In this document: piece by piece, positions 24,835 to 37,695 of the stretch
Layout: each line of letters opens with the position of its first letter
Numbering within the stretch: the stretch's first letter is position 1
From: Heterodontus francisci
Taxonomy: Eukaryota
Reading direction: 5' to 3'
NCBI RefSeq assembly: GCF_036365525.1
Contig: NC_090407.1
Location: 11,847,441-11,911,440, forward strand
Length of the DNA: 64,000 nt
Program-made: the position numbers and the translations under genes
The notes under the pieces: model-generated
Database searches by the model: none
Seen by the model: only the letters and a program-made list of their open reading frames with translations
What the model was told of the DNA's origin: nothing

Positions 24835-27175
24835 TCAGGTTGCCAACCCTCCAGAATTATAGATTAATCTCCAGGAAACTGCTGTGAGCAAAATCCTGGG
24901 AGAAAAATCATTGTTGGCGGGTGGGGTTAAAATCTGTGGGGGTTTTTTACATTTTATTGGAAAACTTTTGTTTATTACATATAAAAATATCGGAGATGGT
25001 GGGTGAAAGCTTTTTTGACTGATAGTCAAGAATTATCCAGTTGGGTAAGAAACAATCTGCTTACTTTCCAATTGGTTGAGAGAGGTGGGGGTGCCGCAAT
25101 GATGGACATGTCAGGCCACCAATGGCGGGAGTGTGGTGGGGTGGTGTCGGGGTGGTTGTAGTCAGCAAGTCATGTCATGAAACTTCCAAGAATCGTAATA
25201 CTTTAGAAAGCCTAGAGGAGTATAGAAAGTGCAGGGGTGAAGTAAAAAAGGAAATTAGAAAAGCAAAGAGAGGACATGAAAAATTATTGGCAGGTAAAAT
25301 CAAGGAATACCCAAGATGTTTTATCAGTAAATTAAGAGCAAGAGGATAACTAAGGAAAGGGTAGGGCCTATCAGAGATGTACAAGGGAACTTATGTGTGG
25401 ATGCAGAAGAAGTGGGCAGGGTTCTTAATGAGTTTTTTGTCTCTGTGTTCGCAAAGGAGAGGGTTGATGTAAACATTGTAGTTAAAGAGGAGGAGTGTGA
25501 AATATTAGATACGATAAGCATAACGAGAGAGGAAGTACTAGAGGGTCTGACATCCTTGAAAGTGGATAAATGGCCAGGGCCGGATGGATTGCATCCCAGG
25601 TTGTTAAAGGAAGCCAGGGAGGAAATAACGGATGCTCTGAGGATCATCTTCAAATCCTCACTAGATACAGGCAAGGTACCAGAGGATTGGAGGTCTGCGA
25701 ACATTGTACCGTTGTTTAAAAAGGGTACGAGGGATAGGCCAAATAATTATAGGCCGGGCAGTCTGACCTCGGTGCTGGGTAAATTGTTAGAATTAATTCT
25801 GAGGGACAGGATAAACTGCCACTTAGAAAAGCACAGATTAATCAGGGAAAGTCAACATGGATTTGTTAAGGGATGGTCATGTCTTACTAACTTAATTGAG
25901 TTTTTTGAGGAAGTAACAAGGAGGATTGATGAGGGTAGTGCAGTGGATGTGGTCTACATGGATTTTAATAAGGCATTTGACAAGGTCCCGCATGGCACAC
26001 TGGTCAGTAAAATGAAAGCTTATGGGATACAGGGGAATGTGGCAGGTTGGATCCAGAATTGGCTCAAGGACAGGAAACAAAGGGTAGTAGTCGACAGATG
26101 TTTTTGTGACTGGAAGGCTGTTTCCAGTGACGTTCCACAGGGTTCAATGTTGGGTCCTTTGCTGTTTGTGGTATATATTAATGATTTGGACTTAAATGTG
26201 GGAGGTATGATTGGGAAATTTGCTGATGACACAAGAATTGGCTGTGTAGCTGATAGTGAAGAGGATAGCCATAGACTCCAGAATTATATCACTGGTTTGG
26301 TTGAGTGGGCGGGAAAGTGGCAAATGGAATTCAATCCGCAGAAGTGTGAGGTAATGCACTTGGGGATGGCAAATAAAGCGAGGGAGTACACAATAAACGG
26401 GAGGATATTGAGAGGAGTAGAGGAAGTGAGAGACCTTGGAGTGCATGTCCACAGGTCCCTGAAGGTGGCAGGACAGGTAGATAGAGTGGTGAAGAAGGCA
26501 TATGGAATGCTTTCCTTTATTGGCCGAGGTATAGAATACAAAAGCAGGGATGTGATGCTGGAACTATATAAAATGCTGGTTAGACCACAGCTGGAGTATT
26601 GCATACATTTCTGGTCACCACATTACAGGAAGGACGTAATTGCTCTGGAGAGAATACAGAGGAGATTTACAAGAATCTTGCCAGGGCTGGAAAATTGCAG
26701 CAATGAGGAAAGATTGGATTGGCTAGAGTTGTTTTCCTTAGAACAGAGGAGACCGAGGGGTGACTTAATTGAGGTGTATAAAATTATGAGGGGCCTAGAT
26801 AGAGTAACCATGAAGGACCTGTTTCCCCTAGCAGAGAGGTCAATTACCTGGGGGCACAGATTTAAGGTGATTGGTAGAAGGATTAGAGAAGACACGAGGA
26901 AAAGCTTTTTCACCCAGAGGGTGGTGGGTGTCTGGAATTCACTGCCAGGAACGATGGTGGAGGCAGAAACCCTCAATTCTTTTCAAAGGTACCTGGACCT
27001 GCACCTGAAGTGCTGTAACTGGCAAGGCTATGGACCAGGTGCTGGAAGGTGGGATTAGATTGGGCAACTAGTTTTTTTTCAGCCAGCACTGACACGACAG
27101 GCTGAATGGCCTCCTTCTGTGCGGTAATTTTTCTATGGTTCTTTGGAATACATCTGACCAATGTTGGCGACCATG
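24835..27175. mobile_element. hAT-like MITE split by a CR1 insertion
   Basis: TIR TCAGGTTGCCAAC/GTTGGCGACCATG; 8-bp flanks CTGATTCA/CTGATTTG. Confidence 0.7.
25397..27058 (+). CDS. Uninterrupted CR1 ORF2 reverse transcriptase and C-terminal region (5'-truncated copy ~25195-27145)
   Basis: 553-codon open frame: PGPDG, NYRP, QHGF, DFNKAFD, PQGS, FADD, DLGV; CR1 tail follows. Confidence 0.9.
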   Translation: MDAEEVGRVLNEFFVSVFAKERVDVNIVVKEEECEILDTISITREEVLEGLTSLKVDKWPGPDGLHPRLLKEAREEITDALRIIFKSSLDTGKVPEDWRSANIVPLFKKGTRDRPNNYRPGSLTSVLGKLLELILRDRINCHLEKHRLIRESQHGFVKGWSCLTNLIEFFEEVTRRIDEGSAVDVVYMDFNKAFDKVPHGTLVSKMKAYGIQGNVAGWIQNWLKDRKQRVVVDRCFCDWKAVSSDVPQGSMLGPLLFVVYINDLDLNVGGMIGKFADDTRIGCVADSEEDSHRLQNYITGLVEWAGKWQMEFNPQKCEVMHLGMANKAREYTINGRILRGVEEVRDLGVHVHRSLKVAGQVDRVVKKAYGMLSFIGRGIEYKSRDVMLELYKMLVRPQLEYCIHFWSPHYRKDVIALERIQRRFTRILPGLENCSNEERLDWLELFSLEQRRPRGDLIEVYKIMRGLDRVTMKDLFPLAERSITWGHRFKVIGRRIREDTRKSFFTQRVVGVWNSLPGTMVEAETLNSFQRYLDLHLKCCNWQGYGPGAGRWD

Positions 27176-27830
27176 CTGATTTGGATGGGAGCTTCGTTAA
27201 TTTATGCAAATTGGGCTCCTAGGATGTATATAAAATTCATTTTAACTGTCTGTTGGGCAGCGTGAGAATGGCACAAGAAGCCTGAAAAAGTAAGTGGTGA
27301 CATTTACTATTGTGGGCACAGGACTCCTCCCCCAGGCTGGTAAGTGGGGTTAAGATACTGATCAACTGTGATTTAATTGAATGGTGGAAGAGACTTGAGG
27401 GGTTAAATGGCCTAATCCTCTTCCTATGTGATTTGGGATAGATGAGGGATTGAATTTAGTTTCTGGGTTTATATGCTTCACTATACTGGGTATGGCTTTA
27501 TGCTCAACACTAGTCTTTATTTCCCAAGCATGATCAGCAGGGAACTGGGAGGGCAGTGCTCAAATGGAGAGTGACAACCATGAGTGCTATGCTGCCTGTT
27601 ACCTGATCTTAGGCCTCTCAATGGCCAAATGAAGATGAGGCCTACTTAATTGTGTAACTCTGGGTAGGCACCAAATTTAATGGCGCTGTTTATGTTTGGA
27701 GGGTGAAAGAGACCAGGAGTTAAACAGCACAGAAGTCAAAATCCCATTCCCTTCCCATATTTGTGTCTTTGAAACAATTTTGCTGGTCCATAATCTCACT
27801 ATAAAATTCCTTTATATTCGAACAGACTCA

Positions 27831-28553
27831 GGGCAGGATTTTCAGGCCCTGCCGAGATTGGGAATGGAGATAGACAGGGCCCGAAAATACCAGAACCGGT
27901 GGCATGTCGGTGTCCTGACCCTATTCCTGGTATCAGGCGGGTTCAGGGCCCGGCAGAGTTGCCCTCCTCCAAGGGGCAGGCAGCCAATTAGGCTCTTGAA
28001 GAGTCTTGTTAAAGGTACGTTTGGGAGGCCGACTGGGATTTTCCATTCGGCCTCCAGTTTCCTGACACAACAGGGAATAGATCAACTGGCTGGAGGTGGG
28101 CCGGGGATCCAGTGCTCCAGACAGGCCTTGAGGCCTTCCCTGCCTGCCTGGGTGTGGATGCAGTCAAAGGCCACTCTGTAGAGCTGCTTCCCCACAACTC
28201 CAACCCCCTTCCTCCCCCCCACCCCCACCCCTCCCCCAATGGTGGCCTGGTAGCCTTATTTATTACTTTTTTTTAATAAGTGGCTGAGAGGGCACCTGCA
28301 TGTTCATCCTTTCAGTTACCTACCTTCTACAACAGGCTGGTGCTCCTCTTAATTTGGAAGACCTCTGATTGGCCCTCCAGCTTCAAGAGCCCACCTGCTG
28401 CCCTTAATTGGATAGGGAACCTGTCTCCATGCCAATTCGGGGGGCACCCTGGTCAAAATGCCAATCAGCAACTGCTTCCCATTGGGAGGTGGGTTCAGGA
28501 CCTGGAAAAACACTCAGCTCTTGTTTTCCAACCCCCAAGTAAAAATTCAGCCC
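27831..28553. mobile_element. Harbinger-type MITE (older copy)
   Basis: TIRs GGGCAGGATTTT/AAAATTCAGCCC resemble those of 11564-12443; TSD not clean. Confidence 0.6.
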
Positions 28554-29569
28554 AAAGTGTCAGTGTTCAGCATCATTTGTCTGCTATTAGTTTGGTAAAT
28601 GTAACAATTTCTACTTCAGGATTTTCAGAACTGTGCATGTTCAAAACACCCAAATATTTGTCTAGACATGTTGCAAAAATCTTTACTATCAGCTGCTCTG
28701 ATGGGATTAATTCTCTTTCCATTGTTTCTGAGATTTCGCCACATGATGTCATTTAAAGAGAGGGCCCTGCCCAGCCCTCCTGTGCCTCTCTGTCAGCACA
28801 CTGTGTAAGCCCAAAACTTTCCTGTCCTAGCATGTTCATTCATCACACGACTTGCTCTCAGATGCACTTGCTCTCTCTACAAGATATTAGAAGTTGCTCT
28901 GGCTCTGCAGAAACAGGGGACATACGGCCTTTTTTAAACAGCTTTCCTTCCGGTTTCCTCCTCTGTGCCCCTGGAAGTTGGCGACTCTTATTGGGGTACC
29001 ATTCTGCAGTTTCAGTCACCAAACCCCCTCACCCGTTCCACCCAATTTAATTTACTTCACATGTCAGCTTAGACGGGAAAGTGATTCTCAGCTATTCAAC
29101 TGCAATCAACTTCGCAACCAAGCTTAATGCTGTTCTCATCAACACATCTGCCTTCCCCTGTAGGGACGGCTCGATAGCAGTCACCTCTCAGTGATTTTCC
29201 CCCTTTCCTAACACAAGGACACTGAGGTCAGATCTAACACCCCAACTGCCGCCCCCACTGAGGGGAGATAACTCAATGCTGATCAGCAAGTGTCCCTGGA
29301 ATCTTTCGGTCTGTCTGACCCAATACCAGAAGATATTTTTATCCAATGGATCCTTGTGGTAACTCAGGCCTCAAGGAGTGCACACACCTTTGATATTAGT
29401 AGTGAAGACACACTTAACGTTCTATCCATCATTTATACAAGTGAAAGGCACTGGTTGTATTTTGTTCTTATAATAAAGAATTCACACACGGGCACTGGGT
29501 CTATAACCCTATGTTAAGTGCATGTCTCGTCACAAACGTAATGAAATTACAGAAGTCTTGTCGCAAAGG

Positions 29570-30632
29570 GGTATTCTACAGGACAAGCAGGAAACTATTT
29601 AACCTACGTCACCTCCAGTCCAGAACCAAGGCCACTCCAACCTCTGTAATCAAACTGCAGTATGCTGGCGATGCTAGCGTATACGCACACTCAGAGGCCG
29701 AGCTTCAAACCCTTGTCGTTGCATTCACAGAAGCGTATAAAAGAATTGGACTTAAGCTAAACATCCGGAAGACAAAGTTCCTCTACCAGCCTGCTCCCCC
29801 AGCACAACTGCTCCCCAACTATCACTGGTCAATGTGGATCACTTCTCATACCTTGGGAGCCTCCTCTCAGCAAGGGCAGACATTGACGATGAAACTCAGC
29901 ATCGCGTCCAGTGTGCCAGCGTAGCCTTCGGTCGTCTGAGGAAAACAGTGTTTGACAAAAAAGACCTGAAGCCTGGCACCAAGCTAATGGTCTAAAGGGC
30001 TGTAGTGCTACCTGCACTCCTGTATGCGTCAGTAACATGGACACTGTACAGCAGACATCTCAAAGCCCTGGAGAGATATCACCAGCGGTGCCTCCACAAG
30101 ATCCTGCCAATTCAGTGGCAGGACAGGCGCTCCAATATCAGTGTCCTCTCTCAGGCTAACATCCCCAGTATCGAGACACTGGTCATGGCTAGTCAGTTAC
30201 ACTGGGCGGGCCACATCGTCTGCATGCCTGACACAAGACTCCCAAAACAAGCTTTCTACTCCGAGCTCGGTCACGGCAAGAGGCTACCAGGAGGGCAGAG
30301 GAAACACTACAAGGATGTCCTTAAAGCCTCCCTGAAAAAAATGTGACATCTCCACTGATTCGTGGGAATCTCTTGCCCGAGACCGCCCAAAATGGAGAAG
30401 AAGCATCTGCGAAGGTGCCAGCCAGTTCGAACAATGTCGACATGCCCAGGCAGCGACCAAGTGCAAACAGCAGAAGGACCATTTGGAAATTCAAGTATCC
30501 CATTCACTCGCCTCACCAAACACCACCTGCCCCACCTGTGGCAGATCCAGAATTGGACCAGTCACCTAAGGACCCACAATCCTGGAGTGAAAGAAAGTCA
30601 TCCTTGTTCCCGAGGAACTGCAGAAGAAGAAG
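29570..30632 (+). mobile_element. RTE-clade LINE 3' part
   Basis: KLFNLRHLQSRTK, LQYAGDA, YLGS, RLPKQAFYSEL..GKR.PGGQRKHYKDVLK; (GAA)n tail. Confidence 0.85.
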
Positions 30633-30639
30633 GTGATGA

Positions 30640-31045
30640 CAGCAGCATAGTGGATATGTTACTGGACTAGTGATCAAGAAGCCTGGGGTAATAATCCCGT
30701 GCATGAGTTCAAATGTGCAGCTCGGGAATTTAAATTCAATTAATTAAATAAATATGGAATAAGCTAACATAAGTAAACTACTGGATTGTCAGAAAAATCC
30801 ATCTGATTCACTAATGTCCTTTAAAATTTGCTGTCTTTACCTGATTTGGCCGATATGTGACTCCAGATCCACAGCAATATGGTTATATGGTTGGCTCATA
30901 ACTGCCCTCTGAAATGGTCTGACAAGCCACTCAATTCTATTTGAGATTGCAGCTCACCGCGACCATTTTCAGGGCAATTAGGGATGGGCAATAAATGCAG
31001 GCCTTGCCAGCGATGCTCACATCCTGTGAACAAACAAAAAAAAAC
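30640..31045 (+). mobile_element. Bipartite SINE-like derivative of the tRNA-headed LINE
   Basis: Decayed A/B boxes, LINE 5' UTR body, joined directly to the LINE 3' tail and an A-run. Confidence 0.7.
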
Positions 31046-31295
31046 TAGAGCATGATGTTATTGAGCCAAAAATAACATGAAATAGAAGCAGAAACTGCTG
31101 ATCCACTCCGTATCTTCAAACAAAAATGGCTCTAAGACTGCTATAGGAAGATGCTGTCCCCTTTAAGAAAATGTATGTTGTTGCAAGCGCACCTAACAGT
31201 ATCATGACTTCAATGTGACACATATCTGGTTCATCTGAATGTCATAGTTTCCCCCTGATAATCTGAATGCAAAAAACTGTCTGTTGTAACAGTTG

Positions 31296-33117
31296 TGGCT
31301 CAGTGGATAGCACTCGTCGCTGAGTCAGAAGCTTGTGGGTTCATGACCCACTCCAGAGACTTGAGCAAACCATTTAGACTAACACTCCAGTACTGAGGGG
31401 GTGCTGCACTGCAGAGGTGCCGTCTTTCGGATGAGACATGACAACTGAAGCCCCATCTGCCCTCTGAGGTGGATATAAAAGATCTCACAGCCACTATTGG
31501 AAGAAAAGTGGGGGAGTGCTCCCCGGTGGCCTGGCCAATATTTTTCTCTCAACCAACATAACAACATAAGAAATAGGAGCAGGAGTAGACCATACAGCCC
31601 CTCAAGCCTGCTCCACCATTCAATATGATCATGGCTGATCTTCTGCCTCAACTCCACTTTCCCACCCACTCTCCATATCCCTTGATTCCTTCAGAAACCA
31701 AAAATCTGTCTATCTCAGCCTTACGTGTATTCAATGATGGAGCATCCACAACCCTCTGGGGTAGAGAATTCCAAAGGTTCACAACCTTTTGAGTGAAGAA
31801 ATTTCTCCTCATCTCAGTCCTAAATGATCGGCCCCTTATCCTGAAACTGTGCCCATCTAGATTCTCCAGTCAGGGTAAACAACCTCTCAGTATCTACCCT
31901 AGCAAGCCCCTTCAGGATCTTGTATGTTTCAATGAGATCACCTCTCATTCTTCTAAACTCCAGGGAATATAGGCCCAATTTATTCAGCCTCTCATCATCA
32001 GACGACGCTCTCATCCCGGGTCCAATCTAGCAAACCTTCGCTGTACCGCCTCCAAGGCAAGTATATCCTTCCTTAAATATGGAGACCTAAACTGCACACA
32101 GTACTCCAGGTGTGGTCTCACCAAAGCCCTGTACAATTGTAGCAAAACTTCCTTATTCTTGAACTCCAATCCCCTTGCAATAAAAGCTGACATACCATTT
32201 GCTTTCTGAATTGCTTGCTTGTTCCTTATACAAGTACACCCAAGTTTCTCTGAACATCAGTACTTAGAAGTATCCTATCTTTTTTTAAAAATCTGCTTTT
32301 CTGTTCTTACTACCAAACTGAATAACCTCACACTTCCCTACATTATACTCAATCTGCCACCTTGTTGCCCATTCACTTAACCTGTCTATATCTCTTTGTT
32401 CTCCTCACAGCTTACATTCCCACCAAGCTTTGTATCATCAGCAAACTTAGATATATTACTCTCAGTCTCTTCGTCTAAATCATTAATATAGATTGTAAAT
32501 AACCGAGGCCCCAACACTGATCCTGGCAGCACTCCACTAGTTATAGCCTGCCAACTTGAAAATTCCCTGTTTATCCCAACTCTCTGCTTCATGTGTTAAC
32601 CAATCTTCTATCCATGCTAATATATTGCCCCCAACTCCATGTGCCCTTATCTTGCATGTTAGCCTTTTGTGTGGCACCTTATCAAATGGAAATCCAAGTA
32701 AACTACACCTACTAGTTCCCCTTTATCTACCCGATGAGTTATCCTTAAAAAACTCTAAACTTTGTCAAACACGATTTCCCTTTCATACAACCATGTTGAC
32801 TTTGTCTGACTATACTATGATTTTCTAAGTGCATTAAGACTTCCTCAATCATAGATTCCAGAATTTTTCTGATGACTGTAGTTCCCCATTTTCTCTCTTC
32901 CTCCTTTCTTGAATAGTGGTATTACATTTGCTTACTTTCAGAATAGATTATCTGGTTATTGTCTTAATTTTGCTTTGTGGGATCGTGCTGTGCACACATT
33001 GGCTCACTTCTCATTACTGACAATACAGAAGTGATATCACTTCCAAATTACTTCAGTGGCTGTAAAGGGATGTTCTGAGGTCATGAAAGGTGCTATCTAA
33101 ATGTAAGTCTTTCTTTG
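31296..33117 (+). mobile_element. DeuSINE-type SINE split by a minus-strand CR1 fragment (~31565-32940)
   Basis: SINE head and core at 31296-31560, remainder at 32940-33117; CR1 RT motifs (GSVLGP, FADD) in between. Confidence 0.8.
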
Positions 33118-33554
33118 CTTTCTAGAACATGGGAATAGAAGTATGCTATTCAGCTCATCAAGCCTCTTCCATAGCCCGTGTACAATCTACCCTATTATGG
33201 ACTCCAGCTCAGTCAGTGGATCTCGGGAACATTCTGCATGAGGTCTCCCTGTTCTCCACTGGCAATGAAAGCAAAACTCCAGAATATTTATCCACCTTCT
33301 CACTTTAAACTGTTCAAGCCATGAGACTATAAGAGACAAGGCAGCAAATGTTGAGAATCGGAAACAAAAACAGAAATTGCTGGTCTGCCAGCATCTTAAA
33401 ACAATTAACGATAAAACAGACTGTGGAGGGCTTCAACTCAAAACATTTAACCTGGTCAACTCCCTATCCTGTGTATTTCTAGTAATTTTTCCATAATTCA
33501 AGACTTGTTAGCCTCCAGAAACTATATGCTCCTCACCCAAAAGCACAGGACCAT

Positions 33555-36500
33555 AGCAAGTGTATAGAAAGTCCAGGAGTGAAATTAAAAAGATAAATAC
33601 TAAAGCAAAGAGATGGCATGCAAAAATATTGGGAAGTAAAATCAAGGAAAACACAAAGGTGTTTAATGAAAATATAAAGAGCAAGAGGATAACTAAGGAA
33701 AGAGTGGGGAAAATTAAAGACCAAAAGATAACCTGTGTGTGGAGGCAAAAGACTTGGGCATGGTTCTTAATGAATACTTTGCATCTGTCTTCACAACAGG
33801 TGGACAAGACAGATATTGTAGTTAAGGAGGAGGAGTGTGAAATATTGGATGACATAAAAAAGTGAGATGGGAAATATTAAAGGGATTCAGCATATTTGAA
33901 AGTAGGTATACCACCAGGCCCAGATGAAATGCATCCAAGGCTGCTAAGAAAGGGAGGAAATAACAGAGTCTCTAACCATCATTTTCCAATCCTCCCTGGC
34001 TACAGGTATGGTGCTGGAGGATTTTATTTTAAATATTTGTTCATGGAATATGGGCGTCGCTGACTAGGGCAGCATTTATTGTCCATCCCTAATTGCCCTT
34101 GAGAAGGTGGTAGTGAGCTGCCTTCTTGAACCGCTGCAGTCCATGTGGGGTAGGTACACCCACAGTGTTGTTAGGAAGGGAGTTCCAGGATTTTGACAGT
34201 GAAGGAACAGCAATATAGTTCCAAGTCGGGATGGTGTGTGGCTTGGAGGGGAACTTGCAGGTGGTGGTGTTCCCATGCATCTGCTGCCCTCGTCCTTCTA
34301 GGCGGTAGAGGTCGTGGGTTTAGAAGGTGCTGTCTAAGGAGCCTTGGTGAGTTGCTGCAATGCATCTTGTAGATGATACACATTGCTGCCACTGTAGACA
34401 GCGGTGGAGGGTGTGAATGTTGAAGGTGGTGGATGGGGTGCCAATCAAGCCGGCTGCTTTGTCCTGGATGATGTCAAGCTTCTTGAGTGTTGTTGGAGCT
34501 GCACCCATCCAGGCAAGTGGAGAGTATTCCATCACACTCCTGATGTGTGCCTTGTAAATGGTGGACAGGCCTTGGGGAGTCAGGAGGTGAGTTACTCTCT
34601 GCAGGATTCCTAGCCTCTGACCTGCTCCTATAGCCACAGTATTTATTTGGCTACTCCAGTTCAGTTTCTGGTCAATGGTAACCCGCAGAATGTTGATAGT
34701 GGGGGATTCAGCGATCGTAATGCCATTGAATGTCAAGGGGAGATGGATAGATTCTCTCTTGTTGGAGATGGTCATTACCTGGTATTTGTGTGGCACGAAT
34801 GTTACTTGCCACTTATCAGCCCAAGCATGGATATTGTCCAGGTCTTGCTGAATTTCTACACAGACTGCGTCAATAACTGAGGAGTCGCGAATGGTGCTGA
34901 ACATTGTGCAATAATCAACAAACATCCCCACTTCTGAACTATAATTGAAGGAAGGTCATTGATGAAGCAGCTGAAGATGATTGGGCCTAGGACACTACCC
35001 TGAGGAACTCCTGCAGTGATATTCTGGAGCTGAGATGATTGACTTCCAACAACCACAACCACCTTCCTTTGTGCTACGTATGACTCCAACCAGCGGAGAG
35101 TTTTCCCCCCGATTCCCATTGACTCGAGTTTTATTAGGGCTCCTTGATGACATACTCGATCAAATGCTGCCTTGATGTCCAGGGCAGTCACTTTTGCCTT
35201 ACCTCTGGAGATGAGCTCTTTTGTCCATGTTTGAACCAAGGCTGTAATGAGGTCAGGAGCTGAGTGGCCCTGGCAAAACCCAAACTGAGCGACAAGGGGG
35301 TGTTGATAGGGCAACTCTGACCCTGTCCTATCAACACCTTCCCTTTTGTTATCTCTTACCCCACCCCCACTTTATTTGCTTAAAACCTATTACACTTCTA
35401 GCCTTTGTCAGTTCTTATGAAATATCACTGACCCTGAAATGTTAACTCTGCTTCTCTCTCCACAGATGCTGCCAGACCTGCTGTGTATTTCCAGCATTTC
35501 TTGTTTTTATTCAACTTGATTGAATTTTTTGAGGAGGTAATAAGGAGGGACGATGAGGGTAGCATGTTTGATGTAGTCAACATGGATTTTAACAAGACTT
35601 TTGACAAGGTCACACATGGAAGAATTGTCTGAAAAGTAAATGCCCATGGGATCCAAAGAGAAAGTGGCAAGTTGGATCCAAAATTGGCTAGTGGCAAGAC
35701 GCAAAGGGTAATCATTGACAGGGCTGTTGTGACCGTTTCCCAATTGAGTACCAAAGGGCTCAGTACTGTGTTCCTTGCTTTTTGTGGTATATATCAATAA
35801 TATAGACTTAAATGTAGGGGGTACAATTAAGAAGTTTGCAAATAATACAAAAATTAGCCATGTGGTTGATAGTGAGGAAGAAAGCTGTAGACTGCAGGAA
35901 GATATCAATGGACTGGTCAGGTGGGCAGAAAAGTGGCAAATGGAATTCAATCCAGAGAATGTGAGGTAATGCATTTAGGCAGGGCAAACAAGGCAAAGGA
36001 ATACACAATAAATGGTAGGGTACTGCAAAGTGTAGAGAAACAGAGGGACCGTGGAATGCATGTCCACAGATCCTTGAAGGTAGCAAGGCAGGTAGATAAG
36101 GTGGTTAAGAAGGCCTATAGGATATTTTTCTTTATTAGCCAAGGCATAGAATATAAAAGCAGCAAGATTATGTTAGAACTGTATAAATGCTTGTTGAGCC
36201 ACAGCTAGAGACCTGCATACAGTTCTGATTACCATATTGCAGGAAGAGTGTATTTGCACTAATGAGGGTACGAAGAAATTGACAAGGATATTGCCAGGAA
36301 AAGGGAATTTTAGCTCTGAGGAAAAATTGGATAGGCTATGGTTGTTTTCTTTGGAACAGAGGAGGCTGAGAGAAGATTTATCAGAAGTGTATAAAATTAT
36401 GAGGGGCTTAGATAGAATGGTTAGGAAGGACCTATTTCCCTTAGCAGAGAGGTCAATAACCAGGGGAATAGATTGAAAGTAGTTCACAGAAGGATTAGAG

Positions 36501-36635
36501 GGGAGTTGAGTAGAATTTTTTTCACCCAAAGGGTGGTGGGGTTCTGGGACTCACTGCCTGAAAGGGTAGTAGAGGCAGAAACCCTCATCACATTTAAAAA
36601 ATACTTGGATATGCATTTGAAATGCTGTAATCTGG
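33555..36635 (+). mobile_element. Degenerate CR1 ORF2 interrupted by a LINE (34025-35292) and a Penelope-like fragment (~35330-35512)
   Basis: Co-linear with 25195-27050 on both sides of the insertions. Confidence 0.8.
34025..35292 (-). mobile_element. 5'-truncated copy of the tRNA-headed LINE family (RT and 3' tail)
   Basis: [36 protein letters not shown]. Confidence 0.85.
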
Positions 36636-36639
36636 GAAG

Positions 36640-37695
36640 TTAAACCAGGGCATGACATATACAGTGAATAGCAGGGCCCTGGGGAGTGTTCTTGAGCAGA
36701 GAGACCATGGGGTGCAAGTACATAGTTCCCTGGAAGTGGCAACACAGGTAGCCAGGGTGGTGAATAAGGCATATGGCATGCTTGCCTTCATCGGTCGAGG
36801 CATTGAGTACAAGAGTTGGGACGTAATGTTACAGTTGTACATAACGTTGGTTAGGCCGCATTTGGAGTACTGTGTGCAGTTCTGGTCGCCGAAACCCATC
36901 TGATTCACTAATGTACTTTAGGGAAGGAAATCTGCTGTCCTTACCTGGTCTGGCCTACATGTGACTCCAGACCCACAGCAATGTAGTTGACTCTTATATG
37001 CCCTCTGAAATGGCCTAGCAAGCCACTCAGTTGTATCTAACCGCTAGCACTGTGGGTGTACCTACCCCACATGGACGGCAGCGGTTCAAGAAGGCAGCTC
37101 ACCACCACCTTCTCAAGGGCAATTCGGGATGGGCAGTAAATGCTGGCCTGGCCAGTGATGCCCACATCCCATGAACAAATAAAAAAAACTACAGGAAAGA
37201 TGCTAGAGAGGGTACAGAAAAGATTCACGAGGATGTTGCCTGGTTTGGAGGGCTTGTTATAAAGAGAGATTGGATAGGCTGGGTCTGTTTTCCCTGGAGC
37301 GAAGGAGGCTGAGAGGAGACATGATAGAGGTGTATAAAATTATGAGAGGCATATATAGGGTAGATAGCCAGAGTCTGTTTCCCATGGTAGGGGTGACTAA
37401 AACTAGAGGGCATAGATTTAAGGTGAGAGGGAGGAGGTTTAAAGGGGATCAAAGGGGTAAATTTTTCACACAAAGAATAGTGGGTATCTGGAATGAGCTG
37501 CCAGAGGAGGTGGTGGAGGCAGGAACAGTCGCGACATTTAAGAGGCATCTGGACAGGTAATTAAATGAGCAAGGCATAGAGGGATATGGAATTAATGCAG
37601 GCAGGTGGGATTAGTATAGATAGGCATTATGGTCGGCATGGACGTGGTGGGCCGAAGGGCCTGTTTCTATGCTGTATGACTCTATGACTCTATAA
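36640..37695 (+). mobile_element. CR1 3' fragment with a nested bipartite SINE-like element (36892-37188)
   Basis: RPHLEYCVQFWSP is interrupted by the insert; (CTATGACT)n tail. Confidence 0.85.
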
